Shown: one piece after another, positions 1 to 12,649 of the stretch
Layout: each line of letters opens with the position of its first letter
Position numbering within the stretch: position 1 is the first letter of the stretch
Source: Hydrolagus colliei
Lineage: Eukaryota
Reading direction: 5' to 3'
DNA length: 64,000 bases
Assembly (NCBI GenBank): GCA_035084275.1
Contig: CM068755.1
Coordinates: 12,710,001 to 12,774,000, forward strand
Notes under the pieces: generated by a model
What the model was told of the DNA's origin: nothing
Database searches by the model: none
Seen by the model: the letters and a program-made list of their open reading frames with translations, nothing else
Program-made: the position numbers and the translations under genes

Positions 1-127
1 TGTTTCTGTTCTTTACTGCATATATCCAGTTCAGCACCAAAGTGAGAATCTTCGACAATGGACATTTCAGAAGCCTCAGATGCAAGTTACGAAACAGTCT
101 TGAGGCTGTTAAGAGATCTGTTGCTAA

Positions 128-272
128 TACAACAACGACAACATGCGTTGTTGTATTAGCCACCAAGATACCACCCCTCACAGAGGGTGGTATCTTGGTG
201 AGATGAACAATTGTGGTTTAACACCAAGCAGAAGGAGATAGGGGAGGTGATTGTAGGCATGATCGAAGAGTA
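128..272 (-). mobile_element. L2 LINE 3' tail fragment, centre replaced by a fold-back insertion
   Basis: Begins AACAACGACAACATGC (minus-strand (TTG)n tail) and ends GGCATGATCGAAGAG, matching GGCACGATCGAAGAG of the L2 copy at 14368-14695. Confidence 0.6.
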
Positions 273-688
273 AAGTGTGCAGGACTTATCTGATCTGATC
301 TTAGTACTGTAATGATGTTCAATCCGGATTGTCTCTCTGAATTTGGAAGGTACTGCAATAATGCTTCATTTCTCAATTCATAAACTGATACAAGTTAAAC
401 ATTGCACAACTCTGGTAAGATTACAAACTGCATACCTTGCAAACAAACACTCATCTGGAGAGGAGAGAAATCTTATATTTTATAAAGCCCCATCGTGTTA
501 ACACATGAACGAAAGGGAACAAAATGTTGGATGAAATACCCCCATTAAATTCTTGTAGGGCTAGTTGTACACTTCATAGACAATGGTCCTACCTGATTGA
601 GGAACATTTTAACTCAGTCAGGCATTCTTTTCCCCTCCCCCACCACCCCACCACCCCATTGCCTGACAACTCTTTCCCCTGTCAAAAG

Positions 689-692
689 CCCC

Positions 693-723
<31 letters not shown>

Positions 724-728
724 ACACA
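689..728. repeat. poly-C run followed by (CA)n microsatellite
   Basis: C run 689-709, then CA repeats. Confidence 0.95.
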
Positions 729-2285
729 AAATTTGTGCATTTGGACATTTTCAGAGAAAATTTGAGTTTTACAGAGACTCAAATCATCCAATATGACTGT
801 TTGGATTCATGGCTCAGACTCAGTGATCCCTCAACTCATAGCTGGATTGGCATTTTGCTTCTAAATAGAAATCCACGGAGAGGAATTTGATTCACACCAG
901 GGTTTAAAAATGAGATAAAGTGCTAGCAACGCCATTTCTTGTGTACTCAAGACTGAAATGCCTGGCCTCCGGAGAAGCTGTGAAGGAATTAATCCTATCT
1001 CCAGATAATCCATCAGGGAACATCCTTCATTATGATGTTAAAAGCTAGGCTCAGTGCTCAGGACACTAACAATAGAGAGCAAGATCCTTTGAAATGCACA
1101 CATTTTTCCCAGGTTACAAGCTTGAATTATTTGCCTTTAGTTCAGATTAGAGAGCCCATGTGTGACTCATCCCCCGCTGTTTAAAATTGCTGTCTTTGGC
1201 TTTCGTTTGGGTTGTAGCGTGTCCTGAATAAACCCGTCTGGTTTCAAAATGATCATTTTAGGGAATCACATCCACCATGTAAAGTGTAACCATAGGTGGG
1301 TGCCTTTGTTTCAGCTTCTAAAAGTTTCTGTGCGCTTTGTGAGCTAATGTAACACTGCATCAAGATACTCCGTTGTCCTCTGCAGAAAATTAAAAGGACT
1401 GAATATCCCCTTTCATTGATAAAGTATTAGGTATATAGTGAGCAGAAAAAGATAAGCAAGGAGGCAAAGAAGAGTTGGTTTGTACAGCATTATCTGTGCT
1501 TAAACATCAGTGCATTAGACTATAAATGCTCTCCACCTCATCTTCTAGGTTAGACTCCCTTTGATATAAAGGCATAGCTTTGCAACTTAACAGTCAATGC
1601 CAAATCTCTTTTGCTGTTATATATTACAGCATGTCAGAAAGTTCAAAGTAATCTGGTAATTGTACTATAATATAAAAGTACTCACAGTTATAACCAAGAC
1701 ACACCTCTTTATACAAGGGCCTGTTAGCTATATTGGGTGCATTTAAATCGTATATGGCTTTGAATGAGGAAAAGTCCAATTTAATGTTGCTATTGCCAGA
1801 TATTGCTACTCATACGCGTGAATCGTTTCAAATAACACAGAACCACTGAATGTGCCAGCAATAATCAGCTGAATCCTTTTACTGTACACATTTGACACAA
1901 TATTTCACTGTCTAATTGAATGCTATGGAGGAAGAAGCAAGTTCAAGTTTAGCTATTGAATAGCCAATCAGGTCAATTTACAATAGATGCCCACTGACTA
2001 CTGATCTAAAGTATGATTCAAGGACGACTGACGAAAGATTATGCTGATATTTTATAGGTGTTGAGCCTGACCTACCATTGATTAGATGCTTTGCATAGAA
2101 AAAATATTGCCACCTTGAGAGTCTGCCCTGCACTGGACTAAAATGAATGGTTTAAAAAGTGTCCTTAAAATACTCAAGCATTGCTCACATGGATTAAGCA
2201 GTATATAAATGAAGAGCCCATAGACATGACTGCTTCTTAAGCCGTAAAGACCAATTTTTTTTACTTTAAGCTGCTAAAAAACAAA

Positions 2286-2562
2286 CGGGCTTTCAGTTTT
2301 TCCGCTCCCACCCTGTGGAATTCCATCCCCCAATCCCTCCGTCTTGTTTCTTCCCTTTCCTCTTTCAAGGCCGGTTTGAAGACTTTCCTCTTCGACCGTG
2401 CCTTTTGTTCCCCCCCGAATTTTTCGACCTCCCCTACGTGTTTCATCCCTTCCCAAACACTCCCCTCCCAGCTCGGGTCACACGCCTCCTGTGCAGCGCC
2501 TTGGGACGTCCTCCCGACGTGAAAGGCGCTTTATAAGCTTAAGTTGTTGTTGTTGTTGTTGT
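2286..2562 (+). mobile_element. L2 LINE 3' end (5'-truncated, relatively young)
   Basis: Translates RAFSFSAPTLWNSIPQSLRLVSSLSSFKAGLKTFLFDRAF, the classic L2 ORF2 C-terminus; 3' stem-loop AGCGCCTT...AAGGCGCT; (TTG)n tail; CpGs retained; closely similar to 14368-14695. Confidence 0.92.
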
Positions 2563-2596
2563 AGTAATATAATTATATTAATAAGTCCTCTTATAT

Positions 2597-2652
2597 TAGG
2601 ATGTCCTCCTGACTTGAAAGGCGGTATACAAGTGTAATTTTGTTGTTGTTGT
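2597..2652 (+). mobile_element. second, degraded L2-type 3' tail
   Basis: GGATGTCCTCCTGACTTGAAAGGCGGTATA...(TTG)n, homologous to 2504-2562. Confidence 0.7.
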
Positions 2653-2937
2653 AACACAAGTGTATTGTTATCTTCAGATGTAAGGCAGTTCAACTGGGAC
2701 CTTGGTATTTGATACAATATCAATTTTGTTATTACCGTAATCTGCTACTCCCAATAAAACAAACACTGATTGGTGCAACTTCCCCTCCACAGTATTTCTA
2801 GCAATGGAATTAACTCTAGTACACTGTTTCGCATAGTTGGGGAACTATGTGAAAGGCTTATAATAATAATAATAATAATACTTCTCCTTGCATTTAATGA
2901 ATTATGCCCCAAAATGTAGTCACGGAACTTCACAGTA

Positions 2938-3266
2938 AAATAATAACAATCCTTGTATTTAATATAGCGCTTTTCACGTCTTCTAGACATCTCAAAGCGC
3001 TTCACAGCTTATACTGTAAAGTGAATTGACTGTATATATGGGTGAATCTCAGCAGCCAATTGCTCACAGCAGTGAGCAATTGGTCATAAATTGGTCATTT
3101 CAATCCCATAAACAGTTGTGGATTGAAATGACCAATTTATTATTGTTTTCTTTGAGGGATTATTATTAGGAGTTTGGATTAAGGAAACTTGCCCAAGGTT
3201 TCACCTTTACTAGATTTGCATCCAGGTCTCTCACTTGGAATTGAACCATGGTCTCTACAGGACTCC
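2938..3266 (-). mobile_element. tRNA-headed SINE family A (partial Deu domain, L2-type tail), near full length
   Basis: Aligns by eye with copies at 8123, 36530, 53209 and 63599 (AATCCTTGCATTTGATATAGCGCTTTTCAC...GTAAAGTGAATTGACTGTAT...AAGGAAACTTGCCCAAGG...CTACAGGACTCC). Confidence 0.9.
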
Positions 3267-3344
3267 ACAGTAATCCTGTGAAATGCTAGGAGGCATCCTC
3301 CTGAACTGATGAAGGCTGTATCAAACGTAAGGATTATTATGATT
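3267..3344 (+). mobile_element. SINE 3' tail fragment
   Basis: ACAGTAATCCTGTGAAATGCT...TATCAAACGTAAGGATTATTAT. Confidence 0.6.
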
Positions 3345-3425
3345 AGTTATTACCTTTAACAATAAAAATATTGATAGTAAATTCTGTTGCAAGCGATCTA
3401 TCCCTCGTCTTCAACATTCACTGAA

Positions 3426-3510
3426 ACCAACAGCAAAATCAATTCATATTTATGTAACGCCTTTCATGTCAGGGGGATGTCACAAATTGCTTCACACAGC
3501 TGACTGGGAA
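3426..3510 (-). mobile_element. degraded L2-type 3' tail
   Basis: ATTTATGTAACGCCTTTCATGTCAGGGGGATGTCACAAATTGCTTCAC. Confidence 0.6.
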
Positions 3511-4974
3511 ACACAAGCAAGCTTTCACAACTCATTGGTTTATTTAATGATGTACCACAGCAATATTTTGAGGTTGGATGTGTTTGTGTCCAAAAATAAA
3601 TATTTAAAAAACTGTTAAAGCTACAATTATCTAGGACTTATGTTTCCTCTCAATATGTAGGAATGACTATTTCTAAAAAACACATAAAGTCTTCTCATTC
3701 AGTTAGTGGTATCATGATATTAACTGCATTAATATTTATCCGACTCTTGCCAGTATAATTTATATCAGATTTAAATTGGCTCAACTAAGAAACTTCACAA
3801 TATATCTATCGATGGCTTTTAGCTTTGTTAGATTTCCACTTTTTCATTGGAAAAAATCCTAAAGTTCAAAACGTATTATCATTCTTTCTTGGCACATTCT
3901 TCATTTTAATGACTTCGGCAAGCGATTTGCTTTGAAATGTATAGTGCTATTGGATAGATACCAAAATATCTATCGTTCGGGGGGTTAAGCTAAAATCGGA
4001 GATCACATAAGGAGTAAAAGTGATTTGACATACCTATAATTAATTATACAAAGCAACCATCATCAGAGTAGGAAATAAGTTTATTTCCCATGCTCAACAT
4101 TACAATACTTATCATCAAGAATACTTAATCTACTGTATCTGTCACTGGCAGGAGTATGGAAGCGTTGAATGCCCTCAGTGTCATATTTTGGATGTGGCAG
4201 GGCAGATCACATTCTGGAGGAATGCCAGGCTGTACTGTACAGATGTATGGATTAGAAATTTTCTCTTTAACTGAATGAGTCATGGTCTGCACAGATGCGA
4301 GGAAGAATTCTGTTCAAATCCCATAACGCTTGTGTTCAACAAACAGATCCCTGTCACATATGAGATGTAAATTCAATCTCACCAGGGGAGCTAAATCCAT
4401 TGCCAAAACCAACTACATAAACGACCAAAGAAATTGTATTGCAGTGTCATTGCTGACGTAACCCTGGAATACTGGAATACTGCGAAATTTCCTTTGCTCA
4501 GTGTTCACGTCTGCACTTGAAATATTGCTCAATGATAGTTAAACGTATTTAAAGGCATGGCACATTAGGCTGGCAGGATTCCATGTGCTGAGCGATTGAC
4601 TTTCCTGCACCTCTTCTGGTATTCATAACTTACTTTGTGTGATGTATGAACATAGACAGCAGAGAGACATTCTCAAGGTGCACCCTTCCAAGGCCTCTAT
4701 TTAACCACATTCTCTTCCTGCGCTCTCTCCCCTCCCACCCCCTCCATACACACACACAGAGTATTTTTGTATCATCCTTTCTAGAACCGAGGCAAAGCTC
4801 ATCTATGAATAAGTCCTTGTGTTTTAAGAGGTTGTACCAAATAATAGTCTAAAATAATGATGGGCAGAGTTCAGGTTTGACCAATTTGATAAGTTTCTCA
4901 TTGTAAAAATGTTGATCAGTTTATTCTATATCTCCAGCGAAACTGTTTGCTAGAGTTTTGTTTTCACTGATTCT

Positions 4975-5300
4975 AACTGTCCTTTGATACTTCACTTGAG
5001 CCAAATATTGGCTCAAGTGAATTGGCCCAGATAGAAACTGTGAAGAGTCTTTTTGACCAGTGAGGACATCAGAGCTCAGATTGGTCCTGCCCTTATCCAA
5101 TAACCAATAAACGTTTCAGAAGAGGTTAACGGACAATGGTCAGAAAGGAGAACAGTGGCTGATATCCCTCTATTTAGTCAAGAGGCACTGCGGCCAATTG
5201 CACTGTTCCACCTGTTAACACAGCTCAAACCAGAAATCAAAACCTGCGACCTTTTGCTCTCTGCAACTTCGTGGTAAACCAGACTTGTGCCATTACCAAT
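4975..5300 (-). mobile_element. old SINE-like family C copy
   Basis: Shares blocks (GGCTGAT..CCCT, GGCCAATTG, GAAATCAAAACCTGCGACC) with 61685-62015 and 17990-18160. Confidence 0.5.
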
Positions 5301-6621
5301 GTCTTTCAAATATAAGGATTTTTTAAAGTAAGACTGTATTTTGAGGTACCCTAAGACTATATGTAAAAGAATACAGATGGGCCGATAGAAAGGATTAGTA
5401 AGTGGCAATGCTACAATAACGTTTCATTTACAAATCACGCTTGTTCAAAGAAACCGGCAAAACTTAATGCTAAACTAGAGGAGAGAGCAAACTGCAAAAA
5501 TTTGTGCTGCAGTTGACATGACATCTGATGCAGTGTAAATATATTTCAATGGTCAGGCTATTCCTGTCTCGTTCAGGAACTTAATGTTCCTGAAAGTTCA
5601 ATAGTAATGTGAAACACCTCTTTAAACCATTGGAGATATAATGATCATTTTGGAATTCTGGTGATCTTCTCTACCAGCCCAGTTTACTCTGATTGTCTTC
5701 ACCAATTTAAGTCAGTGAGGAGAGAATTTCAGTAATGTCTTTTACCCAGTCTCTTAAGACCCTTTTCCTCCACTGAAATGGAATGGTGCATTGATCTGGT
5801 TAAAAATGAAGGGAAGAAACCCGTAAGAATTCAGTTAATAGTGCCCATTTGTAAAAAATAGTATTTCATCTTCGAGAAATTTTGAGCTCTGATGGTGCTG
5901 CTCAGAGTTTTTTTTTCTATATCCTAAATCAAGATGAAAAATACTCTTCTCTGGGTTATGCAAGTTGCCCCTGGTATGTTGTTAGAATTGAGTTAAATGC
6001 CCTTGTAATTGGATCTGGAAAGTTGTGGTTTTGTTGCTATCTATTTATCGGCTACAGTGTGGGTTGCAGACTGCTGGGGAACTTTCCCTGGGTTGTTTTT
6101 CTCTCTCAGTCAAACAAAGATTAGTAATTCAATTCAGTGATTATTTCAAGCTTTGGTGAAGTCTCACATTAGTTAACAACAACGGGGTGAACTTTAGCCT
6201 CGTATGTGGTTAAAATAGTAGCTCAGGAATGTAATTACACTAATCAGGCTGTGTTCCAGGAACGAATGCGACCGAAATGCACAGATGTGACTGACCTCAA
6301 AGCATCAACATTAGCTGCAAATCATCATTAAGAACCTTAATTTTACCAACTAGTTGTGGTCAGAGAATAACAATAAAAAAAGATAAAGTCAACTTTTCTG
6401 GAGGAAGTTCAGAAGAGAAGATAACTTTGTTAACAATAGTAAAAATCATGAAAAAAAATGCACAAGCTTCCACACACCCTCCAGATTTCAGCCAAGTTAA
6501 AGGGGTGTTGGTCATTTTCTGAGTATAAGCTTCTCAGTTTGCCAGGAACTGTTTTGCGGACGTATTTGAAAATAAAAAAAAAGATTGAAACAATTTTCCT
6601 GGAAAAAAAACACACTAGAGT

Positions 6622-6651
6622 GGGGTGGGGGGGGGGGGGGGGGGGGGGAGG
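6622..6651. repeat. poly-G tract
   Basis: GGGGT followed by a run of about 22 G. Confidence 0.95.
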
Positions 6652-8122
6652 AAAGATCAAGAAACACCAAATCAAACATCTGCTGCACATTCTCTTCCTA
6701 ATGGAAAAATAAAATTGTTGCAAACTCTGGTTTGTTCCAAGAACCTGAATTTGTGAACTTGTGCACAATACTCCCCAAGAAGATGTCAACATCAGTTTTC
6801 AAATAATACAAGCCTCTCTCCAGGATAAATCTACAATTCCTTTATTGTTAAATAACCAAGTAAGTTATTTTGACTGTGCTCCAACTCTCAGGCCTTAAAC
6901 AGGATTTCTAAATTAGGAATCCAGTTAGAATTCCCATCGACCTGTGGGAATATCGATTCTGGAAGAGAATCATGTAATAACAGAGTTCCCAAGGCGTAAA
7001 TCTGGTTGACAGAGAGTTTCCATTTTACATAATTTGGATTCCTGATTAAGGAATCTCATTAAGCAACACACCAAATGTGATCCCCCATTCTCAACAGTGC
7101 AAATGCAGATCTCCAAATCAAACTAGTGTTAATTTCAGTCTTGTTTCGTTATTCATAGAATGTACATTAGTGATGTAATGTGATATAATAGTTCTACTGC
7201 AGCCTCTTAACTATTACCTTGGAAAGTAGTGTTGTTAATGAGGCAAATGCTTTGCACTCTTAGATATTAAATTTCTTGAATAACTCCGAGCTGAGCCAAG
7301 CCCAGAAGCCCAGGCCAGTCATAGGCTATGTTGAGGACTTGTAACACATATGTTGGTGTGCAGGTAGGCTCCCATGCTAACTTCCAGCATTCCAAGACAC
7401 TATTTTGCATGATGGACACAATATAAATGTATCTATATAAATGTAAGCTGTTGTAATTTACACACTTAACAATAAATTTGACAAGTTCAAAATTGAAGAG
7501 AATAGGAATACTGTCATAATTGTTTCAAGGAAAATTGTACAATCCTAATTGGATGGAAATGAAGAGAAATAGGGTTTGCTTTGTTTTCTTAAAAATATGT
7601 TTACACTGGGTGAGCATGAAATCAAGCAACATGCTCTATTCTGTGCACACACAGTGAGTGTATAGTATTCACATGAGATTGTACCTTGAATATCAGAAAG
7701 CTATTCAACCAATAATAGCCAAACGTAATCTTCGGTTTACATATTTACCTGCTGATGTCCACACTCACACACCTGTACACACAGCCATAGAGTTCAATAA
7801 ACTGCTAGCTGACAGTTGTCTTTCCCTAGATTTCAGAAGACTGAGACTAATTATAGTGCCCCCACCACTGTTCTTCTTGCTCAATACCAAAGATTGAACC
7901 TAATCTCCGGTTCGCATGACTCAGGACTGCATCATGAGTTTTTGGAGAATCTTGGAACATGTTCTTATTATAAATTATTAGTTCCTCCTTCTGAGCTCCT
8001 ATTAATCCAATGAGATTTGTTGCTGATTAGCATTGCTTTTATGATGCTGGACAGACAAGGAAACCAAAACTCAAGGAATTCAAATGCGACTCCATGTTTG
8101 TGAACTATAATTCCATGTTTGT

Positions 8123-8460
8123 GGAGTCCTGTGGCTCAGTGGGTAGAGCACTCACCTCATAAGCATGAGACCTGGGTTCAATTCCTGGCAGAGTGAAACC
8201 TTGGGCAAGTTTCCTTACTCTGCATGTCTGATAATACTCACTCAAAAAAAACAATAATAATTTGGTCACTTCAGTCCATGACTGTTTGTGGGACACTGCT
8301 GTGTGCAATTGGCAGCCACATTTTGTCCAGACATTTACAATCAATTCACTTTACAGTATATTCTGTGAAGCGCTTTGAGACGCGAAAAGCGCTATATCAA
8401 ATCCAGACGACGTGAAAAGCGCTGTATCAAATGCAAGGATTATTATTGTTTATTATTATT
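8123..8460 (+). mobile_element. full-length tRNA-headed SINE family A (DeuSINE-related)
   Basis: Pol III A box TGGCTCAGTGG 8132-8142 and B box GGTTCAATTCC 8175-8185; Deu-type segment CTGTTTGTGGGACACTGCTGTGTGCAATTGGCAGCC; L2-like tail TGTGAAGCGCTTTGAGACG...AAAAGCGCT; (ATT)n end. Confidence 0.92.
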
Positions 8461-9840
8461 ACTTGGCCATCCTCTATAGCCTTTCACTCTAGTCAGAAAG
8501 AGTGTTCTGCTAGTGCTAGTTCAGTAGAACCCACAGTTACTTTGCAAGGAAGATGCATAGTGCCATTGCCTGCACTTGGATTTATTGAGGGTCATTATGG
8601 AGAGACCCAGAAAGCAATGTACTGGTACTGATGGAATGGCAACCCACTGGGTACCACTTTGGCTTTCTAACCAGCTGCAGAATAACTGCAGTAACTCGGG
8701 TCATACAGCTAGAAAAAAAAGATGCATTTAAGTCCCTGTAGCATACTCTGCCAATAAAGTTGGTTTTTAGGCCTCTCCAGATGTGCCTTCCTTCCCACTG
8801 CTTTCTCCTGGGACATTTTGGCAAAGAAGGGAGAATGGGATGCGGAATAGCTTATCTTCATTTGACCCCTTTTATTTCCCCCAAATTCTCTTTTTTTTGT
8901 GAATATTGCATTTCAATTCCAAAATTACAAATCCTAGAGAAAATAGACAAAGGGCAAATGTGGGAAGATAGATTACTGGCAGTTGAAAAAAATCCAGATC
9001 GCTGGATGTGTTGACAATAAAGCATTTTCATGCACAAACTCCAGTGTTAAAGCTAGAAGTCAGCTTTCTGCAATATACATAATATGATGACATTTAAAAT
9101 GAGAACTACTACACAGCGCTTCATTCACTGTTCTTCAGCTTTCAGAGTGCTTCTTATACTGTCATCTTATTATTCCTAGGTATTTTGTGCAAGTTTGCAA
9201 ATAACTTTGCCAGTCAGCTGCTGTAATATTTTCATTCAAAATGATTTAATGAGGTGAAGATAACACATCTTGGATTTAAAGAAGGCAGGCACAGCACCAA
9301 TTTATTTTCAAGTTTTGGAATGTACCCCATTTTCATCTTCTTCCAAGAAAAGGTTTGCAAGTTACAGCAACCTTGTGTGTACTGTGCAGATTTACTCACT
9401 TCCCACTGGTAATTACTAGCACCAGATAACAATTGGCTATCTTTCATATTGCATTTGTAAGAAAGATTGGGTTTAAGAAAACCATTGGCCCATTTGCTCT
9501 AATTTTTCTGGAATTACTTCAATTACCTCTAAATGTCTTGCACTGTACGCTGGTGTCCGCCCCCAAAATGCTCTTCTCAACGTGAACCTTGGACCTTCTA
9601 TCCTGTTGCCTTTAGTGTTCTGAAAGTATTAATTTGGGATTATTTTATCAAATTAAGAATTTAGATATAGTAACTTTACAAAACCACCACCCACCCGAAT
9701 CTGGATGTCTCCTTGCCTTTAGAATGGTGTCCTCAATTAAATGGCTAAATGGGATCTACCTCTTCTGAAAGTATGTTGTTCGCTGTCATGGATTCAGTCA
9801 TTTATATGTAGGCAATCTGCTATTTTGATACATCTGAATT

Positions 9841-9915
9841 TAACAACAATCACAACTTGCATTTATGTAGTGTTCTTTCCATGGAGTAGCATTCTGGAAG
9901 CTTAAACACACATTC
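9841..9915 (-). mobile_element. degraded L2-type 3' tail
   Basis: AACAACAATCACAACTTGCATTTATGTAGTG. Confidence 0.55.
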
Positions 9916-10924
9916 ACACAGGCATACATACATGCAGAGTGTATAAAAATTTTAAATATTTTGAAAAGTGTTCCACTTTGATCCATTTTATCATTTACTG
10001 CAACAGGCTTGAATAATGCTGCCAACTGCCATACAAATGATTTTGAGACCATATTGTCAGGAAGTAAAAGCGTGGCCACAGTTTCCTCCTGTTCTGTTCA
10101 ATCCATCACAAGCATAAGCACTGGAGAGGATGAAATAATAATCTCTTTTTCTGTTGCATCCAGTTAAGCAAACATTCCAGTAAAAGAAACCTATTTCAAT
10201 GACAGAGGCAATACCAACAGACCCCAAACATCTACTTCACTTCCAATGGTACTGCTAGTCTTTTGGCTGTCTACTTGATAAGTCTCATTTGACATTGATG
10301 TTCATGAGCAAACCAATGATTTTTGAACAGTCTTTCCAAACACCTTCAATGGACTGATGTTGCATTTTCCACCACTTTGAGAACATTATAAGGAAAATTC
10401 TCCTTTTGCTCTCCACACACTCCCACCCACCCCACCCACATACACACACACACACATAAAATGAATAGGCTCTCTGATATCCATCAATGTTAAATGTGTG
10501 ATTATTCATTGTAATGAAAACATTTTCAAACAGCCATAAATTATACATCTAGAATCAAATTCACTAGTCAGTAGGAAGTTGGTGGGGCCCTCCCTTTCCT
10601 TAATTTACTGACAAAGAAAACGTCAGAAGACTGAATAGAAATATCAATATCTTGCAAACCAAACACAAACCAGGTTATTAATTATATCCCAAAGGCACCT
10701 ATTAAGTAAATGTTTTCGGAATACACAGGCGCAAATCGCTCAAAGTGAAGAGAAGGTAATTTCAATATTGTATCTGGTTACTAAAAAAAACAGCAAATGA
10801 TACAATTAAGTACTGTTTGTTTATTTAATAAACTTCAGCTACTCACACTTTATTCTTACCTTTTGCAAATCCACGCATTGAATTGACAAGCAGCAATTAA
10901 TGTCATGGCACTACCCAATTGCAG

Positions 10925-11240
10925 CTCCAAGTCTCATAGATCAGAGGTTGCATGTTTGAATCCCAATCTGCTCTCAGAGAGCTGATTCCAGTTAAGTAGC
11001 TCACAGTTAAACCTCAACTTCCCTTAAGTCGTAAAGGAGGAAAATCACACAGGCTTCCTGGTCCTGACCACTATACTTACATCTACTACCTCACAATGAA
11101 CATGTTTAAATGTGGGTTGAACACAGGTTCATATGCGGATACATTCCAACTATGGGGCAACCATATATTTATCATGTGTCTTGCACATAAATCAATTTGA
11201 TAAGGTATTGGAGGAGTGCCTGGCACCTATGATACAGTGG
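10925..11240 (+). mobile_element. old SINE-like family C copy
   Basis: tRNA-like head (AGAGGTTGCATGTTTGAATCCC), then GGAGGAAAATCACACAGGCTTCCTGGTCCTGACCACTAT and AAGGTATTGGAGGAGTGCCTGGCACC; homologous to 46140-46600 and to the reverse complement of 61685-62015. Confidence 0.55.
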
Positions 11241-12649
11241 GCGAATAGAAACATAGAGTAATAAAAATCCTTCAGAAGATGAGGAAAAAAATTAAAAAAA
11301 ATTAAAGAGACAAACTAAAGCTATAATGCAAGGAATCAAGAACAAACCCCCAATTATTGAATATTGCAAAGTACATGTACAGTTTGCATTATCTCTGACT
11401 CTCCAAAATGTGTTGAAATCCCTGAGAAAATGATTTTGTTCACAGATAAGATCTCCCAAAAAGAGAGAAAAAATACCTTGATCCACCCCTCTCCTGCCCA
11501 AGGCACTCAAGCTCTTCCTCCAGGATATCAAAGTAACATCATGAGATACACTATTCACTTGTGACACTTACTTCCCATTCATTCAAGGGATTAACTGCTA
11601 AAACAAAGCCAAGAAAGGAAAACTGAGACTATGTTTGCAAATCTGGGTCATAAATGATAGGATACTCTCAACCTCAAAAGACCTACAAGTCAATGAGAGA
11701 CAAAACGTCTATTGTGTGCATTAAATAAATCATGTATAGACAGTGAAACCATATACAGAATGGAAACAAAATAATAGATACATATTGTTTCTAACCAATG
11801 TATATTGATATACATATGTATGGTAGAAATCCAGATGGTTCTCACAAAGCTAAACATGTCCTAGGCACAAACTTGTAAATTATATTAAAAATGTTAAGCC
11901 AATAACATAATCATTTGCATTGAAGGAAGTGAATGTTTTATAAAAAGTCAAAATGCAGCAGCTAACCTGAGCCAAAAAACAACAATTAGATGAATACCCA
12001 AATAATTAGAATTTGTGGTAAATATAAATTTGGAGCGGAAATAAAGAAGGATAATTGTGGGAAAAGAGTCTCCAATTCTTTAAAATAGAAACTATGGTCA
12101 AATCCTGAAGTATACAGGCCTAATACTGTACCAATAATACTATAAAAAAATTTATACCTTTAAAATAAATAACTCCAACTGAGACATAACAGATCTTTTG
12201 TGTACAGTTTCTCCTCACATGTTTTCCATTGAGGAACCTAAGCAAAGGTCTAAAACTGCAACTAGGCTGATTGCAAGCATGTGGATTGCTCAAGAAAATT
12301 AACAAGAGAAAGGTATGGAATGGAATATCATGGCAAAGAATCTGAACAGCAAAGGCAAATGTTAAAAATGTTCAAATTCAAATGGTGGGAAAGTTAAAAG
12401 AAAGGAAAGTTAAAGACAAATTTAATGAGTCCCGTTACTTCTTAAAGTAAAAGGTTGGAGAATCCTGACTACCCAGATAATCTTCAAGATTTCCTGGAAA
12501 GCTTTAGGAAATAATCACAAATTATCCTGCTTGATAAATGTTTGCAATAATCACCAAGCAAATTAATAGAAGAAAAAAAATTGTTGTTTTTCAAAATGAT
12601 TGAAAACAGATGAGGTTTAGTGGGTATTTTCTCATTACTGACTTTTCTT

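Noticed and set aside
5572-5594. 9-bp hairpins (also 40942-40969) and short palindromes such as 320-331 and 49497-49510
   Set aside because: Arms of 9 bp or less are expected several times by chance in 64 kb of AT-rich DNA
8123-8195. tRNA gene (CAT at the anticodon position)
   Set aside because: No proper acceptor stem, and it continues directly into a SINE body; sibling heads have TAC at this position
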